A DNA stretch of 64,000 nucleotides from Lingula anatina (GCA_051362555.1 CM120642.1:6572001-6636000), one strand, 5' to 3'. Counted from the stretch's first letter, positions 1 to 11,907 are shown. The notes: a model not told the origin generated them from the letters alone. Numbers and translations: made by a program.

Positions 1-82
1 TCTTACATATGAGAGATCGAGAGAAAGAGAGAGAAGGGAGAGAGGGAAAGATCCTTCAAAGATAAAAGATGACAAAAAATAC

Positions 83-265
83 CTCTCTTTTCAACATCCC
101 GGTTGTGATGAGGCTGGTGGGGGCGTCTCCTTTCAGTATAATATTCAGTTTGAGGGCCTGACCAACACGAACGAACTCCAATTTCCGCGCCTCTTCTTTC
201 CGCCGTGACCCATGCTGGTAATCCGGTATGACGTCACTGAATGCTCTGCGGTTCAACATCGTGTT
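83..265 (-). CDS. GARNL3: GARNL3 shared exon 14 (NTMLNRRAFSDV...GMLKRE)
   Basis: tttcag acceptor and GAG|gtattt donor; 183 nt, phase 0/0; KEEARKLEFVRVGQALKL..GDAP matches GARNL3. Confidence 0.95.
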
Positions 266-1437
266 CTGAAATTACAGTGCACGGAATATAGAAATCAGGT
301 TGCTTAAAAGAAAAAAATGCGTACTGACTCGGATCCAACTTACGAACATCCAATTTACGCCTTCGAAGGTATTGAACGAGCAATGTACTTGTATTGGCAC
401 ATGTATTTGCTACTCATCTTTTTTACTCAGCGGCTGTACATGTACACAAAATGTACGCCAGTTGTACCTTATTTAAAAGATACTATAAAACACCTTATCT
501 TTGATATTTAAAGTAGAGCGCTCTTTTTATGTGGGAACTGGCAACATTAACTGATTACTCTGTATTTTAATATAATATTATCCACGTGCGTTAACCACCC
601 TCCTATTAAATAATCACCCATGGTGATTATTAATCAGCATAACGATGGCTTGATATCTTACTTTTCAAAAGATGTGTATAAATGATACTGTCGCATCGAG
701 TACAAAGTACATGTAGTTCAAATTATATATAACATGTAAACTTTATTAATTTCAAATATATACGTAAATTTTGGCAAAGTTCGTATTCTAAGTCTCATAC
801 CGAGGAGCGCTTATGGCACTGATTCATCTGAGTCTCTGCAATCACTGACTACACAGTCAATCAATTTTTAAACGCGTAATACGGTATGGTTATTTGGGGA
901 CACAACTTATAATGCGTCATGGCGGACGTTAGTGCTACTGCACTGTACGTGGGCGCAAATCTCCCTCCGTTTGTCTGCGGCTAACCGAAAGAACACAACC
1001 AGGCACTCACAATTAACATTTATAGGCTAATTCAGTGCAAGCCATAATGGCTCTTGCATTCCATCGATCGCCATATTATTGCATGGCTTATAGGAGTGCG
1101 CAGTATTCAGGTAAAGAGAAGTGACACGCTAAACTTCAATATATAGCCCCAGAGCGCTGGGGGAATATGGAACTCTGAGACACAATAATTGCCACGGTGC
1201 TGATACATTATTGCTTAAAAGGACAGAGTTAATCTTATCACTTAGGATAAAGGCCTAAAAACAGCTATGTCTGTTTTTTTGCCATTAGTTGGAGAGATTA
1301 CCCATGTATGGAACGATCTCACAAAATGCGATTTGATATCGATGTGTGTTCCCAGCTCTCTTTCGTTTTTCTTTTCTTTTCTTTTTTCTTTTCTTTTTTT
1401 CAACAAAACCTGTGCCAGTCAGGTCAACATTTCATAC

Positions 1438-1553
1438 CTTGTTGACCTCCACCATGTGATTGTCGTAGGTATTTCTGATCAACATGTCCAGGGTACGCAC
1501 TCTCTTCTGGGCGAACACCGGCGTACATAGGGCGGCCTTTTCTCCATTTATAC
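1438..1553 (-). CDS. GARNL3: GARNL3 shared exon 13 (CINGEKAALCTPVFAQKRVRTLDMLIR...VNK), end of RapGAP domain
   Basis: tttctag acceptor, AAG|gtatga donor; 116 nt, phase 1/0. Confidence 0.95.
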
Positions 1554-1769
1554 CTAGAAAAAACGTCCATAAGTATTTAGCAAGAGCTAGCAGTCTCTCC
1601 ATTAAGTGCATATGGACGTGTAAACACATGAACAAGACGTTTAAGGAAACGAACGTGTATCAATGTCTTAAGCGCTGCTTTGGATTCAAAATCTTTAATG
1701 ATTCGAATAATTTCAAAATAATAAAATATTTAAAGTGTTGATAATCGGGACTGAAGGACTTTATCTTAC

Positions 1770-1876
1770 ATTTCACTAGCAAAAAGTCCCTGAATTCTGC
1801 GTGGTCGGCAAAAACGGCGGGCGTGGGTAGAGGAGGGCCAAATAACGGGACGCTTTCGGCGGAATACACGTTTAAC
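1770..1876 (-). CDS. GARNL3: GARNL3 shared exon 12 (LNVYSAESVPLFGPPLPTPAVFADHAEFRDFLLVK)
   Basis: ctttcag acceptor, gtaaga donor; 107 nt, phase 2/1; RapGAP VPxFGPPLP motif. Confidence 0.96.
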
Positions 1877-2010
1877 CTGAAAGGAATTATAACAGTTATC
1901 ACAAAATGTAATCTCTTTTATGTTCTGGAAGATAATTTTTGTCCCTCCTGTTTATGCTTACGTGCCAATTGTTGCATCTCTTTAGGCGATCACAATATAC
2001 TTATATCAAT

Positions 2011-2064
2011 TTTTTTTAGGAAATATCATTTTTTTTAGGAAATATTATTTTTTTTAGGAAATAT
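2011..2064. repeat. Short tandem repeat (ttttttttaggaaatatyat) x ~3
   Basis: Directly visible ~20-bp unit. Confidence 0.8.
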
Positions 2065-2089
2065 ATGTGCATTCGTATTGTTAACTTAC

Positions 2090-2135
2090 CTGTATTTATC
2101 TGTATCCTTCTCATAAACTACCAATGCGTATATAT
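2090..2135 (-). CDS. GARNL3: GARNL3 shared exon 11 (HIYALVVYEKDTDKYR)
   Basis: 46 nt, phase 1/2, AG|gtaagt donor; not in the ORF track but restores the frame and matches HIFALVRY...YR. Confidence 0.92.
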
Positions 2136-2676
2136 CTGAGGCAGCAGTTAAGAAAATTTCACTAGTAAAGTATTTTTCACATCTTTTGGATGTATTCAAT
2201 ATTCGAATGGCTACATTTTCGAAAATCTTGTAAATGCTTTAAAATACTGAGAAATATGCATTCCGAAACTAGAGATCTATTTTTCTGGGCTGTATAAATG
2301 ACCTACCGGTACACCTAAGTCCCATTATTCCATTATTTCTACACTGAATTATAAATATTATTCAAACACGACAATCGTTTATCTTCTGAAACACTCAACA
2401 AATCTATGTATTGTTTAAATGGAATATATTTTCATTGCCCAATAACAATATTCCAGAATGTGATCAATTATTATACCCCAAAGCCCATAGTTACTTCGTC
2501 ATAAATTGATTGGGGGGGGGGGGGGGTCCTTACCCCGGGGTCCATTAGTCCCGGTCTCCCCTATGGGTTTAACTGTCGAAGACATTGCAAGAATACTTAG
2601 CCAACTGACAGACACCAAGGCACATAACAAATTAAACTTTTTAAGGTGTTGTTTTATCGTGTAATTTAAAGGATAC
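2136..2676 (-). other. U12-type (minor spliceosome) GT-AG intron
   Basis: 5' splice site GTATCCTTT; branch-site-like TTTTCTTAAC (2156-2147) followed by tgctgcctcAG; no long polypyrimidine tract. Confidence 0.88.
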
Positions 2677-2788
2677 GAGTGAAGTGTGTCTTCATCATAG
2701 AAGGCCTAAATGACGGTTGCTGGTCCGAGTTCATTTCCACATAGATTATATTGACTATGTCATTGCCTATATGGCGTTTTCTCTCCAC
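2677..2788 (-). CDS. GARNL3: GARNL3 shared exon 10 (VERKRHIGNDIVNIIY...KTHFT), catalytic Asn-thumb motif
   Basis: ttttcag acceptor; 112 nt, phase 0/1; RKRHIGND RapGAP signature. Confidence 0.97.
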
Positions 2789-2964
2789 CTGAAAAGAAAG
2801 CAAGCATTCTTGTTGGTGGTGGCTGAAGCTGGTCAATCGGTTATACATGTAGTGTGCCGTGATGTGTTTTAAGCAAGAGAGCTGAGGCCCACTTGTGGGT
2901 TATAGTGGCTGGGAGTATAACTTTGTTCAAGATCAGCCACCTCCCAACAATCATCTGTACGTAC

Positions 2965-3068
2965 CTGTTGTTTATTGTCCGTGGAGTATGGTAACAGAGA
3001 GGAGACATGGAACATTATTTCGTGTCCCTCGTACACGGTATAGACGGAATCATCACCTGTGCTATTAC
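2965..3068 (-). CDS. GARNL3: GARNL3 shared exon 9 ([35 protein letters not shown])
   Basis: ttccag acceptor, CAG|gtacgt donor; 104 nt, phase 1/0; EIMFHVS motif. Confidence 0.96.
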
Positions 3069-3504
3069 CTGGAATACATCAATCAAAATTGTATAACATA
3101 CAGCACGTAATGTGATACAAGTATATTATATATACATGCTTATTTGGTTTTGTAAATAGATTTGTAATCCTTGTACTCTGAACCCCAGATATTACTCGTC
3201 TGTGATGCTAAATAAACGGACTCCAATTAGTCGATCTTGTAAATCGAGAGTACGGTAGGCCATTTGTACCAGTATTTTTAAATTAAAAAAATTTATATTT
3301 AAAAATGGATAATGATGTCTGTGATAGGTGTCAGTACTCGTTTTACTGAGGATCTGAAGGCTTGATAAATATGAATAACTCTGATATTTATCATTCCTTT
3401 TCTACAGGATGACTAACAATATTCACTCATCTTTAGGTTTTATTTTTGTTTTGTTCCCATATATATGTACATATACAAGGTAATTATCTGTACAGTAATG
3501 GTTT

Positions 3505-3507
<3 letters not shown>

Positions 3508-3543
<36 letters not shown>

Positions 3544-3580
3544 CACACACACACACACACATACACACACACACACACAC
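3508..3580. repeat. Compound (CT)n/(CA)n microsatellite
   Basis: Directly visible. Confidence 0.95.
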
Positions 3581-3634
3581 CAGTCTAGAATATGAGAATA
3601 TATTTTCATGGAGTATACAAAACTTTAAGGTTAC

Positions 3635-3733
3635 TTTTCACATCCAGTCCTCCTTTGAAGCGATCCCAGCCTTTCAGTTTTATTCTATCTCCTAGAAGAT
3701 GGATGAACTTGTCAAAAGAGGAGCTGCCCTTTT
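3635..3733 (-). CDS. GARNL3: GARNL3 shared exon 8 (EKGSSSFDKFIHLLGDRIKLKGWDRFKGGLDVK)
   Basis: ttttcag acceptor, gtaacc donor; 99 nt, phase 1/1; LLGDxIxLKGWxxFxGGLD motif. Confidence 0.96.
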
Positions 3734-4497
3734 CTGAAAATAAAATAAAGCAGAACAAAATAAAAATATAGCAAAACGTATATTTCACTTGACACTCACC
3801 TGTATGGCATTTAATGCTGCCCTACTATTAAGGACGAATGCACTTAGTAAATCCAAGCCACATAATTTTAAGACCGTGCACAACATATCGATTCTAAAGA
3901 TTAATAGAGACAATTTTAGACACCTTTTCACAATGAGTGCCGAAATTCAGCGATCGGTACGTGTTGAGAGATTGGCAGTTTAAAAGCCTGACCAAAAGTA
4001 CAAGGGGGTTCAACTTCCTAGACAGAAGTACATGTATACGTTCAGACGATTGATAATTCTGGTACTTTGTCTTTCTTCCACACAGTACACTAAACTCCAT
4101 TGTTCGTGTTGTAAAGGATACATCTTTACGGAAACCCCACATTCAACACGGTTATTAATCAAATTTATTTCTTCTTGTTCGTGCGTCAGTGGTCACAGAG
4201 GGCGTTACGTGTTAGCCACAGTAAGGCGTAAGATAGAAGTGTGAGCCCACAAAAATACGAACGGCTTCCGGTGAGCGTTGATCAGAAATGTCACCTTTTA
4301 TAAACATCCAGCAACTTTGAAAGTGATTGTACAGATCACTCAGTCAATAGTTAATAACCAACCAGCCTCAAACCCCTACGCACAATTACGTTAAATTACC
4401 CAAATTCAGGAAAAATGCACAATAGAGCGCAGTAACTGTGTGCCGACATCAACCACTTTATGTAAATCGGGCTAAATGTATTTTCAAATCCCAGTAA

Positions 4498-4678
4498 AGC
4501 CGACTGGTGCCATGTTAAAAAAGTTATTATCTCGAAATTTCGAGGTATTATTTTGAAATTTGGACAAAAAATATATATTTACTCGAAATTTCGAGGTAGT
4601 AGCGCGAAATTTGGACAAAAAATTATTATTTTGAAATTTCGAGATAATTGTTTAACATGGCATTAGTCGGCTACCGTA
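4498..4678. mobile_element. Palindromic MITE with internal CGAAATTTCGAG-type repeats (unclassified)
   Basis: Inverted ends agccgactggtgccatgttaaa and tttaacatggcattagtcggct; interior of repeated (c/t)gaaattt units. Confidence 0.7.
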
Positions 4679-4746
4679 GATTTATCTTGGTTCAACACAA
4701 ACTAACATTTGTAAGCAAAATATCAGGCCTTATCAACATCTACATT

Positions 4747-5017
4747 CCTTATCAAAACATCACTCTCCCGCAAATTTTATGCAAATTTGCAAGAAGGAAT
4801 TTCATTTTCTTGCAAATTTGCTGTAGATTTGCAAGAATTCATATAAAGACTCTCGTGCAAACCTGCCGCAAAATATACTGTAGATGTTCATGCAAACTTG
4901 TAGCAAACTAGCTGCAACACATATTTTCTCGCAAACTCCGTCAAACCCTTGCTGCGAACTTTTAGCTTTCAGCAAACTTAATGCATTTTTGCTGCAAACT
5001 TTTCATTTTACCCAGGG
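4747..5017. repeat. Degenerate GCAAAY-rich repeat, probable old MITE
   Basis: Many gcaaattt/gcaaact motifs; right end ttttacccaggg, left end only weakly complementary. Confidence 0.4.
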
Positions 5018-5517
5018 GTGCCACGGTTAAGGTTGACGCTAACTTTGGACTTATATAATTTAGCTAAACCAGTCCTTGTACCAAGTAAAGTATAATGGAT
5101 CTGCATTGTGTTCGCTGCGAAAGCCGGAGTTTTCACACGCATCACTGAAAGCGGATCCGATGGTATTCTGTGTGCTTTTTAGAACTACAAAGGATCACGC
5201 AGACTGAGGTTAGGCGCTGATGACAGCTGCACCATTAATCCAGGGACATTGACTGCCGGGGCTTCACCCCTAGAATTCTGAGAAATAATTTCAAGGGATC
5301 GTTACTAGGAATTAGCCTATTTTTCTCCCAGTTGAACAGAGGTCTCTCAGAAGTTCATTGTACTTTCCCTCCAGTTAGCGTCTAGACGTCTAAGAGAATA
5401 CCACAAAGGGTAAAATAACCTGCTCGCGTCTACAGTATAAGTCTTTAACAGCCTAGCTCCAAAACACTTTTCTCAGCCTACGATCCGTACTTCATGTAAC
5501 TTCAATATATAACTTAC

Positions 5518-5593
5518 CATTTCCGTACATCTCATCGTCCGATATCTGCCCTTCTATACAGTACGTTACTCCAAACTTGAAATTCACAGACCC
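5518..5593 (-). CDS. GARNL3: GARNL3 shared exon 7 (GSVNFKFGVTYCIEGQISDDEMYGN)
   Basis: ttccag acceptor, G|gtaagt donor; 76 nt, phase 0/1; start of RapGAP core FKFGV. Confidence 0.95.
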
Positions 5594-6383
5594 CTGGAAT
5601 AAAAACACGTGAAATGTTCAAATTTTTTTCCATATTGTGAGTGAAAGTTGAGTCTTATAACGAAACGGCAACTAGGAGCTATTGTGATATACATATAGGC
5701 CTACATGCGCAATGTACATGTATATGTATCATCAAAGAAGGCTACCGGGTACATGCACATTAGTTCTAAATGGTAAAAACTAATGCTACTAATACCCCAA
5801 ATGCAAGTCAGGTTACTTTCATGTTTGGAAGCTGTAGTCTAACAATTTCAATTTAATATTCCCATGGACAAACTCGAATCCTTGATTCACCCAAAGCCGC
5901 CTTTTGATTAAAACATATCCGATTCTTTTTGCAATGAAGTTAGAGAAGGGTATTCCGCTAACTTTGGTATAAACACCGGTACCTTAAATTATATTTCCCA
6001 AACCTAGGCGCGTGTTAGTTTTGAACTTCACGTTAACTCTAACACAATTACTACAAGTACACTTTGGCAGTCCATTGATAAGGGACTGTGTACACCCCGG
6101 TACTCTTAAGTTAAAACTCCAAAGGTGTATTTTACTTTAACTGTTGCGAGACCATGTGCATATTGGTACTTTGACTAGTGCGCTTGCTCTCTAGTAGCCA
6201 GTTCATTTTATGTGTATAAGAAACAATGCATCACAAGTAGAAATGCCGTTTAGAATTGTGGTTTGTTGGTCCTGGTTCCCAGATACAATATATGCAAAAT
6301 AATCGTTTGTAAATCACAGGCGATGTATATTAACTGTATGTAATGTTAGCCTGTAAGGGAGGCTAAATTAAATATTCGCGTAC

Positions 6384-6474
6384 CTCTTGTTCCTCAAGTA
6401 CCAGGAGTTCTTTCTGCACTTCTGCATTATATATTTCCCTGGGTCCTTTTTCTACCTTCGGCATGTCAAAATGT
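6384..6474 (-). CDS. GARNL3: GARNL3 shared exon 6 (HFDMPKVEKGPREIYNAEVQKELLVLEEQE)
   Basis: attcag acceptor, GAG|gtacgc donor; 91 nt, phase 2/0. Confidence 0.95.
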
Positions 6475-6616
6475 CTGAATGACGAAAAAAAAAAACGAAC
6501 CTTTAGTTTAGACCATTTTTTCTCTAAATGAATAAAAACTCTTTGTCTTTTATACAAATCAGTCAATTTAATTTTCTTGCAACAAGACTTTGTATAATTT
6601 AATACTTGAAATCTGG

Positions 6617-6621
<5 letters not shown>

Positions 6622-6694
<73 letters not shown>

Positions 6695-6710
6695 GTGTGT
6701 ATGTGTGTGT
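6622..6710. repeat. (TA)n microsatellite followed by (TG)n
   Basis: Directly visible. Confidence 0.95.
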
Positions 6711-6901
6711 CCTTTTTTAGTTTGTTTATTTGTATCCAATAAAGAATACGTCCGCATAAATTTTTCCATGGGTTCTGTTTTATCTCAAGAAATGGCATTT
6801 GACACAAAGTCAATATGTTTAAAAGGCAAACATCTCCTTAATTAAAAGTGCATATGATACTTTGTCAAATACAAAAGTTTGTTAAATCGTTTGGTACTAA
6901 C

Positions 6902-6966
6902 CCTAAAATACCCTTGACAGTCTTTGGTTTTGTAGGGTCGTATGGAAGGCAAATCTTCCGCGCGCC
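6902..6966 (-). CDS. GARNL3: GARNL3 shared exon 5 (GARKICLPYDPTKPKTVKGILG)
   Basis: ttcctgtag acceptor, GG|gttagt donor; 65 nt, phase 0/2; matches KICLPYxPTK. Confidence 0.94.
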
Positions 6967-7436
6967 CTACAGGAAAAAAAGAAAAATCGATATCGTAACA
7001 TCAACTCCCATTGCTAATGCTGGAATCTCGGATGGGAAGGAATGGAGAATAGCACGAATGGGGAAGGTAGAGTGTCATGTTCAGCAGCGTGAGAGGACAA
7101 AAGTGAACCAATCCAAGTGAAAAATTATCGTCGAGTCGCTGTCTTTGTCAGAGTCACTGAATGTTGAGAATGTTGCTGACATTATATAAGACTGAAATGT
7201 GGATCAAATTGAAAGAGCGGTGAATAACCTCTATTACGAACAATACATTCAGATACATATATGTGACAATTATAAAATTATATTCATTTCATACAGGTAT
7301 ACGACATGTTGGTTTGGAAAGGAAGGGGACTGTTTCGAAATGTTATTTTGCAGGCGCGCGCGCACACACACTAGATCAATTAATGCTTGTTTATCATGGA
7401 TAAATATATATTTTGGACAATATCATGATACTGTAC

Positions 7437-7555
7437 CTGTTTCCTCCACAGTATTGCTCTGTATTGCGGCACATTGTGGTTGTTTGCATCCGTCACCACT
7501 ACTGAGAGAATGAACGGTTCTTTGTCTGCGTCAAGACCTACATAGTTTTGATGCA
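7437..7555 (-). CDS. GARNL3: GARNL3 shared exon 4 (MHQNYVGLDADKEPFILSV...VPQYRAILWRKQ)
   Basis: ttttag acceptor, CAG|gtacag donor; 119 nt, phase 1/0. Confidence 0.96.
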
Positions 7556-8208
7556 CTAAAATACAATAAGCAAATTGTGTAATTAAACAATCAATCAAAA
7601 CATTGATAGACAGACAGACAGACAGATCGACAGATAACTAGATAGCAACATAAAATAAATAAATTGATACCTTTTTCAAAATTAAACCTGCTGTATTTTT
7701 AAAACTTAAAAGTTTAGCTTTCTGAGTTTCAGCAGCGACATTAGCCATATCGCGTAAACGTGTATCCGCTCACTTAAGGAAATACACAAGGGCTTGAAGT
7801 GTCTCTTAAGTGGTCTATTAACCCGTTTAAGAGTCGTGCTAATGTCACGCTCAACCATGAATAACTAGCTTTATTTCATTCATTTGTTTATTATAGCGTC
7901 ATACGTTACAGCACTTTAGTGATTAAGGAATTATATCCATTCATTAGGAAGGAAACTGAGTATGCGCAGACGACCGCAGTATAACTATTTCTATTGGTGT
8001 GATATAAAGTCACTGTACATAAATATAACATGTTAACAAGCGACATGTTTTTTATATTACATTATAGGATTTATATCGTATGTTGATAAATTTTAATCTA
8101 CTTATCTCAATTGTCATACTGTTGTATTCTGTCCTGTTGCATGTCTTGGTTCCATTTCTATTGGTTCCTTTCAGACGTTAATATTTTAAAAGGGTTTCTT
8201 TCACTTAC

Positions 8209-8293
8209 TTTTCCCAAGAAAATACTTGAAGTACCATCTGGTCTGGTATTCTGGGTTTTCCACATGGACAGGACTCCCAAGCGGGCTCGGAAA
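8209..8293 (-). CDS. GARNL3: GARNL3 shared exon 3 (FPSPLGSPVHVENPEYQTRWYFKYFLGK)
   Basis: ttgccag acceptor, gtaagt donor; 85 nt, phase 0/1. Confidence 0.94.
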
Positions 8294-9734
8294 CTGGCAA
8301 TAATTAAAATAAAATAAGATAAAATAAAGTAAAATAAACTAATTTTTAAGAAGACTGTTTTTTTTTCAAAATTAAAAAGCAAAACAACAGTTCATTTGAA
8401 ACCTGTCAAAACTGATACTTTATTGAATGAACAATCATAATATTGGGTATACAAAATGAATACAATTGAAAGATTAAAAAAAAACATGATCAACCTGCTT
8501 GAAGACTAAAAACAGTTTATGTGCAATGTATCTCCCAAAGAACCAGGTGAGCATAGTTACCAAAACAGTGTGAAAGGTTTTTAAAATAAAGCATGATGTG
8601 TCTTAGAATAAGATCATGGTATATAGAGTTGGGCTGGTAATGAGACAAATTCCTGTGAAAAACGGTGGGAGACATAATGCGGTCCGTGTAGTCACGACGT
8701 GATAATTGAAAACACAATTAAACCACAGTTTGGACGCCACGCACTCTCTAAAAGGCTTCTTAAGTAAGATCTTAAGTAAGACACCGACTGCAAAGGAAGC
8801 ACAAAAAGGTTAAAACGGTACATGTAAATTGCCCATGTAATCTTTTTTACCGATGATTACACACTTGGCGTTTTATTTTCACACAATCGAGAGAGTCCGC
8901 AGGTGGGCGCACGCGTGACGTCATTGGCCTTTTTTTCAAAGACGTGCCAATGTACGATGAGACGGTTTATTCAACCCACGTAAGTCACACCGTACAGATA
9001 GGTTCAACGTATTTAGACAACAGTCCATAATTCACCAAACTTAAAATGGAATTCTGGTATTAGAGTAAAATAGGGTAAGTACCATTGTGTATTTCGATGC
9101 AGAGTGGAGATTATACATATACAAAGACAAAATTTTGGTCTGAGATTGAAAAAAGCACTTCTTTTTGGCCTTGAAACTATCGCAAAAAATGTATATTATA
9201 TGAATGTACTAACGTCATATTCGTATGTCCATGTCAGGTTAGCCGGAATAAGCGACACAATGCAATGCAAGTATCCCACATATACTTCCATTATATACAT
9301 ACAAATCACCGAATCAAGAGTTGCTTCCATATACTGCATAGCAACGATATATCGACTATTAAGTATGTTTATGATGTGTTTTATGTGAGTGGATCTGTAC
9401 ATGTTCTAGTACCTTTTAATTGCACAGAAGACGTACGTATGTGAGTATTATCGATTTCGGTCTTGTGTTTCTTTCATATATGTAGAAAGAATGGGTTTGG
9501 CTGGTTGCGGAGTTAACATGGAAATAACCGAGTTCTTCTCTAAACAGTTTTACATACACAAGCAAACAGAAGCACCCATGCCACTACATACTATAGAATT
9601 GTAATAATTATAATACAACCTATTTATAATTATAATACAGGAACTGTTATAGAAGTCTGATATCTACAACATGTAGTATAAACGAACAACAGCGCTTACA
9701 CATGACGTCAATTATTTTCTAATCTAAAGCTTAC

Positions 9735-9818
9735 CTCATCGTGTTCAAACTCCCCAGTCTCAATTCTGAATCTTCCCGCGGCAGTGTGGATGGTCCCTTC
9801 ACTTTCACTTGAGGTGAG
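9735..9818 (-). CDS. GARNL3: GARNL3 shared exon 2 (LTSSESEGTIHTAAGRFRIETGEFEHDE)
   Basis: ttttag acceptor, GAG|gtaagc donor; 84 nt, phase 0/0; matches LISSDADGAI..AGRFRVE. Confidence 0.93.
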
Positions 9819-10140
9819 CTAAAATTATGAACAAAACTTATATGTACTTTCTTTGGGAATGGGGATTCAGAACGATTATTGAGAGAATGTAAACAAGTAA
9901 ATGTATAAGTCATTTCGCAGCGGTGCATCGTTACGTGTGGTGCTAAGATTGACTTGATCCGTGTGATTATTGTCTAAGACAACGCCAGAGGCTTAATGGA
10001 ACCGTTCTAAGGATAAAGTTGAGAGAGAGATACTTACTTACTTACAGAAATGAAGGCAATACCTTAGCTGTCTTAGAAAAAAAAACTGCAAGTGTTTATA
10101 CGAGAGAGAGAGAAAGAGAGAGAGAAAGCGAGAGACTTAC

Positions 10141-10210
10141 TAGTTCTACTGATCCATAATGTTTTCTACTGAACATGCCCCGCCTGGCGGCCAAATCCGA
10201 AGCAGGAGAA
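10141..10210 (-). CDS. GARNL3: GARNL3 shared exon 1 (SPASDLAARRGMFSRKHYGSVEL), common phase-2 acceptor
   Basis: ttcatttcag acceptor, gtaagt donor; 70 nt, phase 2/0; FSRKHYGSVEL motif. Confidence 0.95.
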
Positions 10211-10361
10211 CTGAAATGAAAATAAATCACTTACTTACGATCTAACACATGTAACAATATTCACAAAGAATACTTCAAACGCACATCACCTGTCTGATAT
10301 ACATATATTTGTATTTATCTGTATAATAAATATAGTGCAACTTAAAACGCACTCAAGTACT

Positions 10362-11100
10362 TTAGCCCATTACCGTTGAATCAACAAAGGTAAACATTAA
10401 AAGATGAGGTTAAGAACCTTGGAGTAATTTTTGATAATAGGTGCGATATGGCTGCCGACATCAGCAAAAAATGCAAAGCCGCTTTCTATGGTCTTAAAAA
10501 AATTTCCAAACTATCCCACATCCTTGATAAAAGTCAAATGGAGAGGCTTGTCCATGCCTTTATAACTTCACATCTTGACTACGGAAACAGTCTACTGTAT
10601 GGTCTTCCTACCTATCAAATTGAAAAATTGCAATCTGTCCAAAATGCTGCAGCACGACTACTGACCAAAATCCCTCTCAGATCAAACATTTCACCCATTT
10701 TATTCGAACTACATTGGCTTCCTGTACGACAGAGAATTGTTTTTAAATTACTGTTGTTTGTTTTTAAATTCACTAGAGGTGAATGCCCCTCATATTTTAA
10801 CTCGATGCTACATCCAAGTACACCCAGTCTCACCAGGTCTACCAGATCCACCTCCACTCCTTGTTTTATCAGAAATGATAATAAAAAAACAACCAAAACC
10901 TACGGCCACAGGGCATTTTCAATTTCAGCACCAATTTTATGGAATCAATTACCCTCACACATTCGGACTATTGACAGTGTTGAGGTTTTTAAAAAAGATT
11001 TAAAAACATTCTTATTTGCACAGTATTTTAATTAATATTTTCTCATTTTATCAAAAAAAAAAGTTTTATTGTTCAGACCATTACTATTTTAACCAGTTTT

Positions 11101-11146
<46 letters not shown>

Positions 11147-11266
11147 TTAGCTTTTATTATATATATAATAAGTTGTAATCCTAATAGTTTTACCTGTAAA
11201 CAGCACTGAGACGCTAGTGTAGTGCGGTTTTAAGAAATAAATATTATTATTATTATTATTATTATT
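10362..11266 (+). mobile_element. 5'-truncated non-LTR retrotransposon of the L2/CR1 group (ORF2 C-terminus, 3' UTR, (ATT)n tail)
   Basis: ORF 10448-11035 plus upstream VKNLGVIFD has LDYGNSLLYGLP..LQSVQNAAARL..LHWLPV..RIVFK..G.RAFS..AP.LWN.LP..FKK.LKT.LF, the typical post-RT region. It ends with a gcact..agtgc stem-loop, AATAAA and (ATT)n. The 5' boundary is approximate. Confidence 0.9.
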
Positions 11267-11764
11267 AAACTGCAAATATAATTTAATTTATGCTACTTAA
11301 CAATTGAAATATCCAAATATTAAGTACTCAAACAACCCGCCTCTAATTAATATTCATCATAATGTGAGAATGCTCAGGAAGACATTTAGATGAAAGTTAT
11401 ACCTATGTGGGATAATTTTGCGAAGGCCATGTAGACCTAATTTACATTATGTCGTATCTGGTTATATAAGTTAAGTTTTTTTCCTACATCAGAACACAAT
11501 AATCTTTTTCTTCTCCCTATGCTTGGCTAGATCACGTAACAAATTCACAAATGCTAAATAACAACACGAAACACATATATGGCGAAAAAGTAGATCGTTC
11601 CTTAAGAGATTAAATCTTTCTCACTCACAAGGTATTCCATTCAACATACATGTATTTACACAAAACACACCGAACTGTTATCTCATCGTAGAAATATATT
11701 ACGTTACTATCACAGAGCCAAACTTAGCAAAAATACAGCAACATTCTGCGAACGGTTTGGCTAC

Positions 11765-11907
11765 CTTTGTGTTCGCAATAGTGGGTACTTCGTATTTCCG
11801 AGCAAGTTCTTTTCCAAAGAATTGTGCTTTGACCTGTGAAAAAGTAATCTCCTCGCCGTTACATTGACCGGCGTAGACACAGAAAACGTCCTTCGAATCG
11901 GTTCCAT
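11765..11907 (-). CDS. GARNL3: Candidate alternative first coding exon D (MEPIRRTFSVSTP...LLRTQ)
   Basis: aaacATGG strong start context, 47 open codons plus 2 nt, AG|gtagcc donor (weak) in phase 2. Confidence 0.5.

Noticed and set aside
1011-1026. Possible 16-nt microexon (ttag|...|gtgagt) with nearby TGC motifs
   Set aside because: It would shift the frame, the pyrimidine tract is poor, and the flanking exons already join in frame.
2102-2110. Second GTATCCTT U12-like donor on the plus strand
   Set aside because: It is antisense within a coding exon (codons for K-D-T), and no plus-strand gene is evident.
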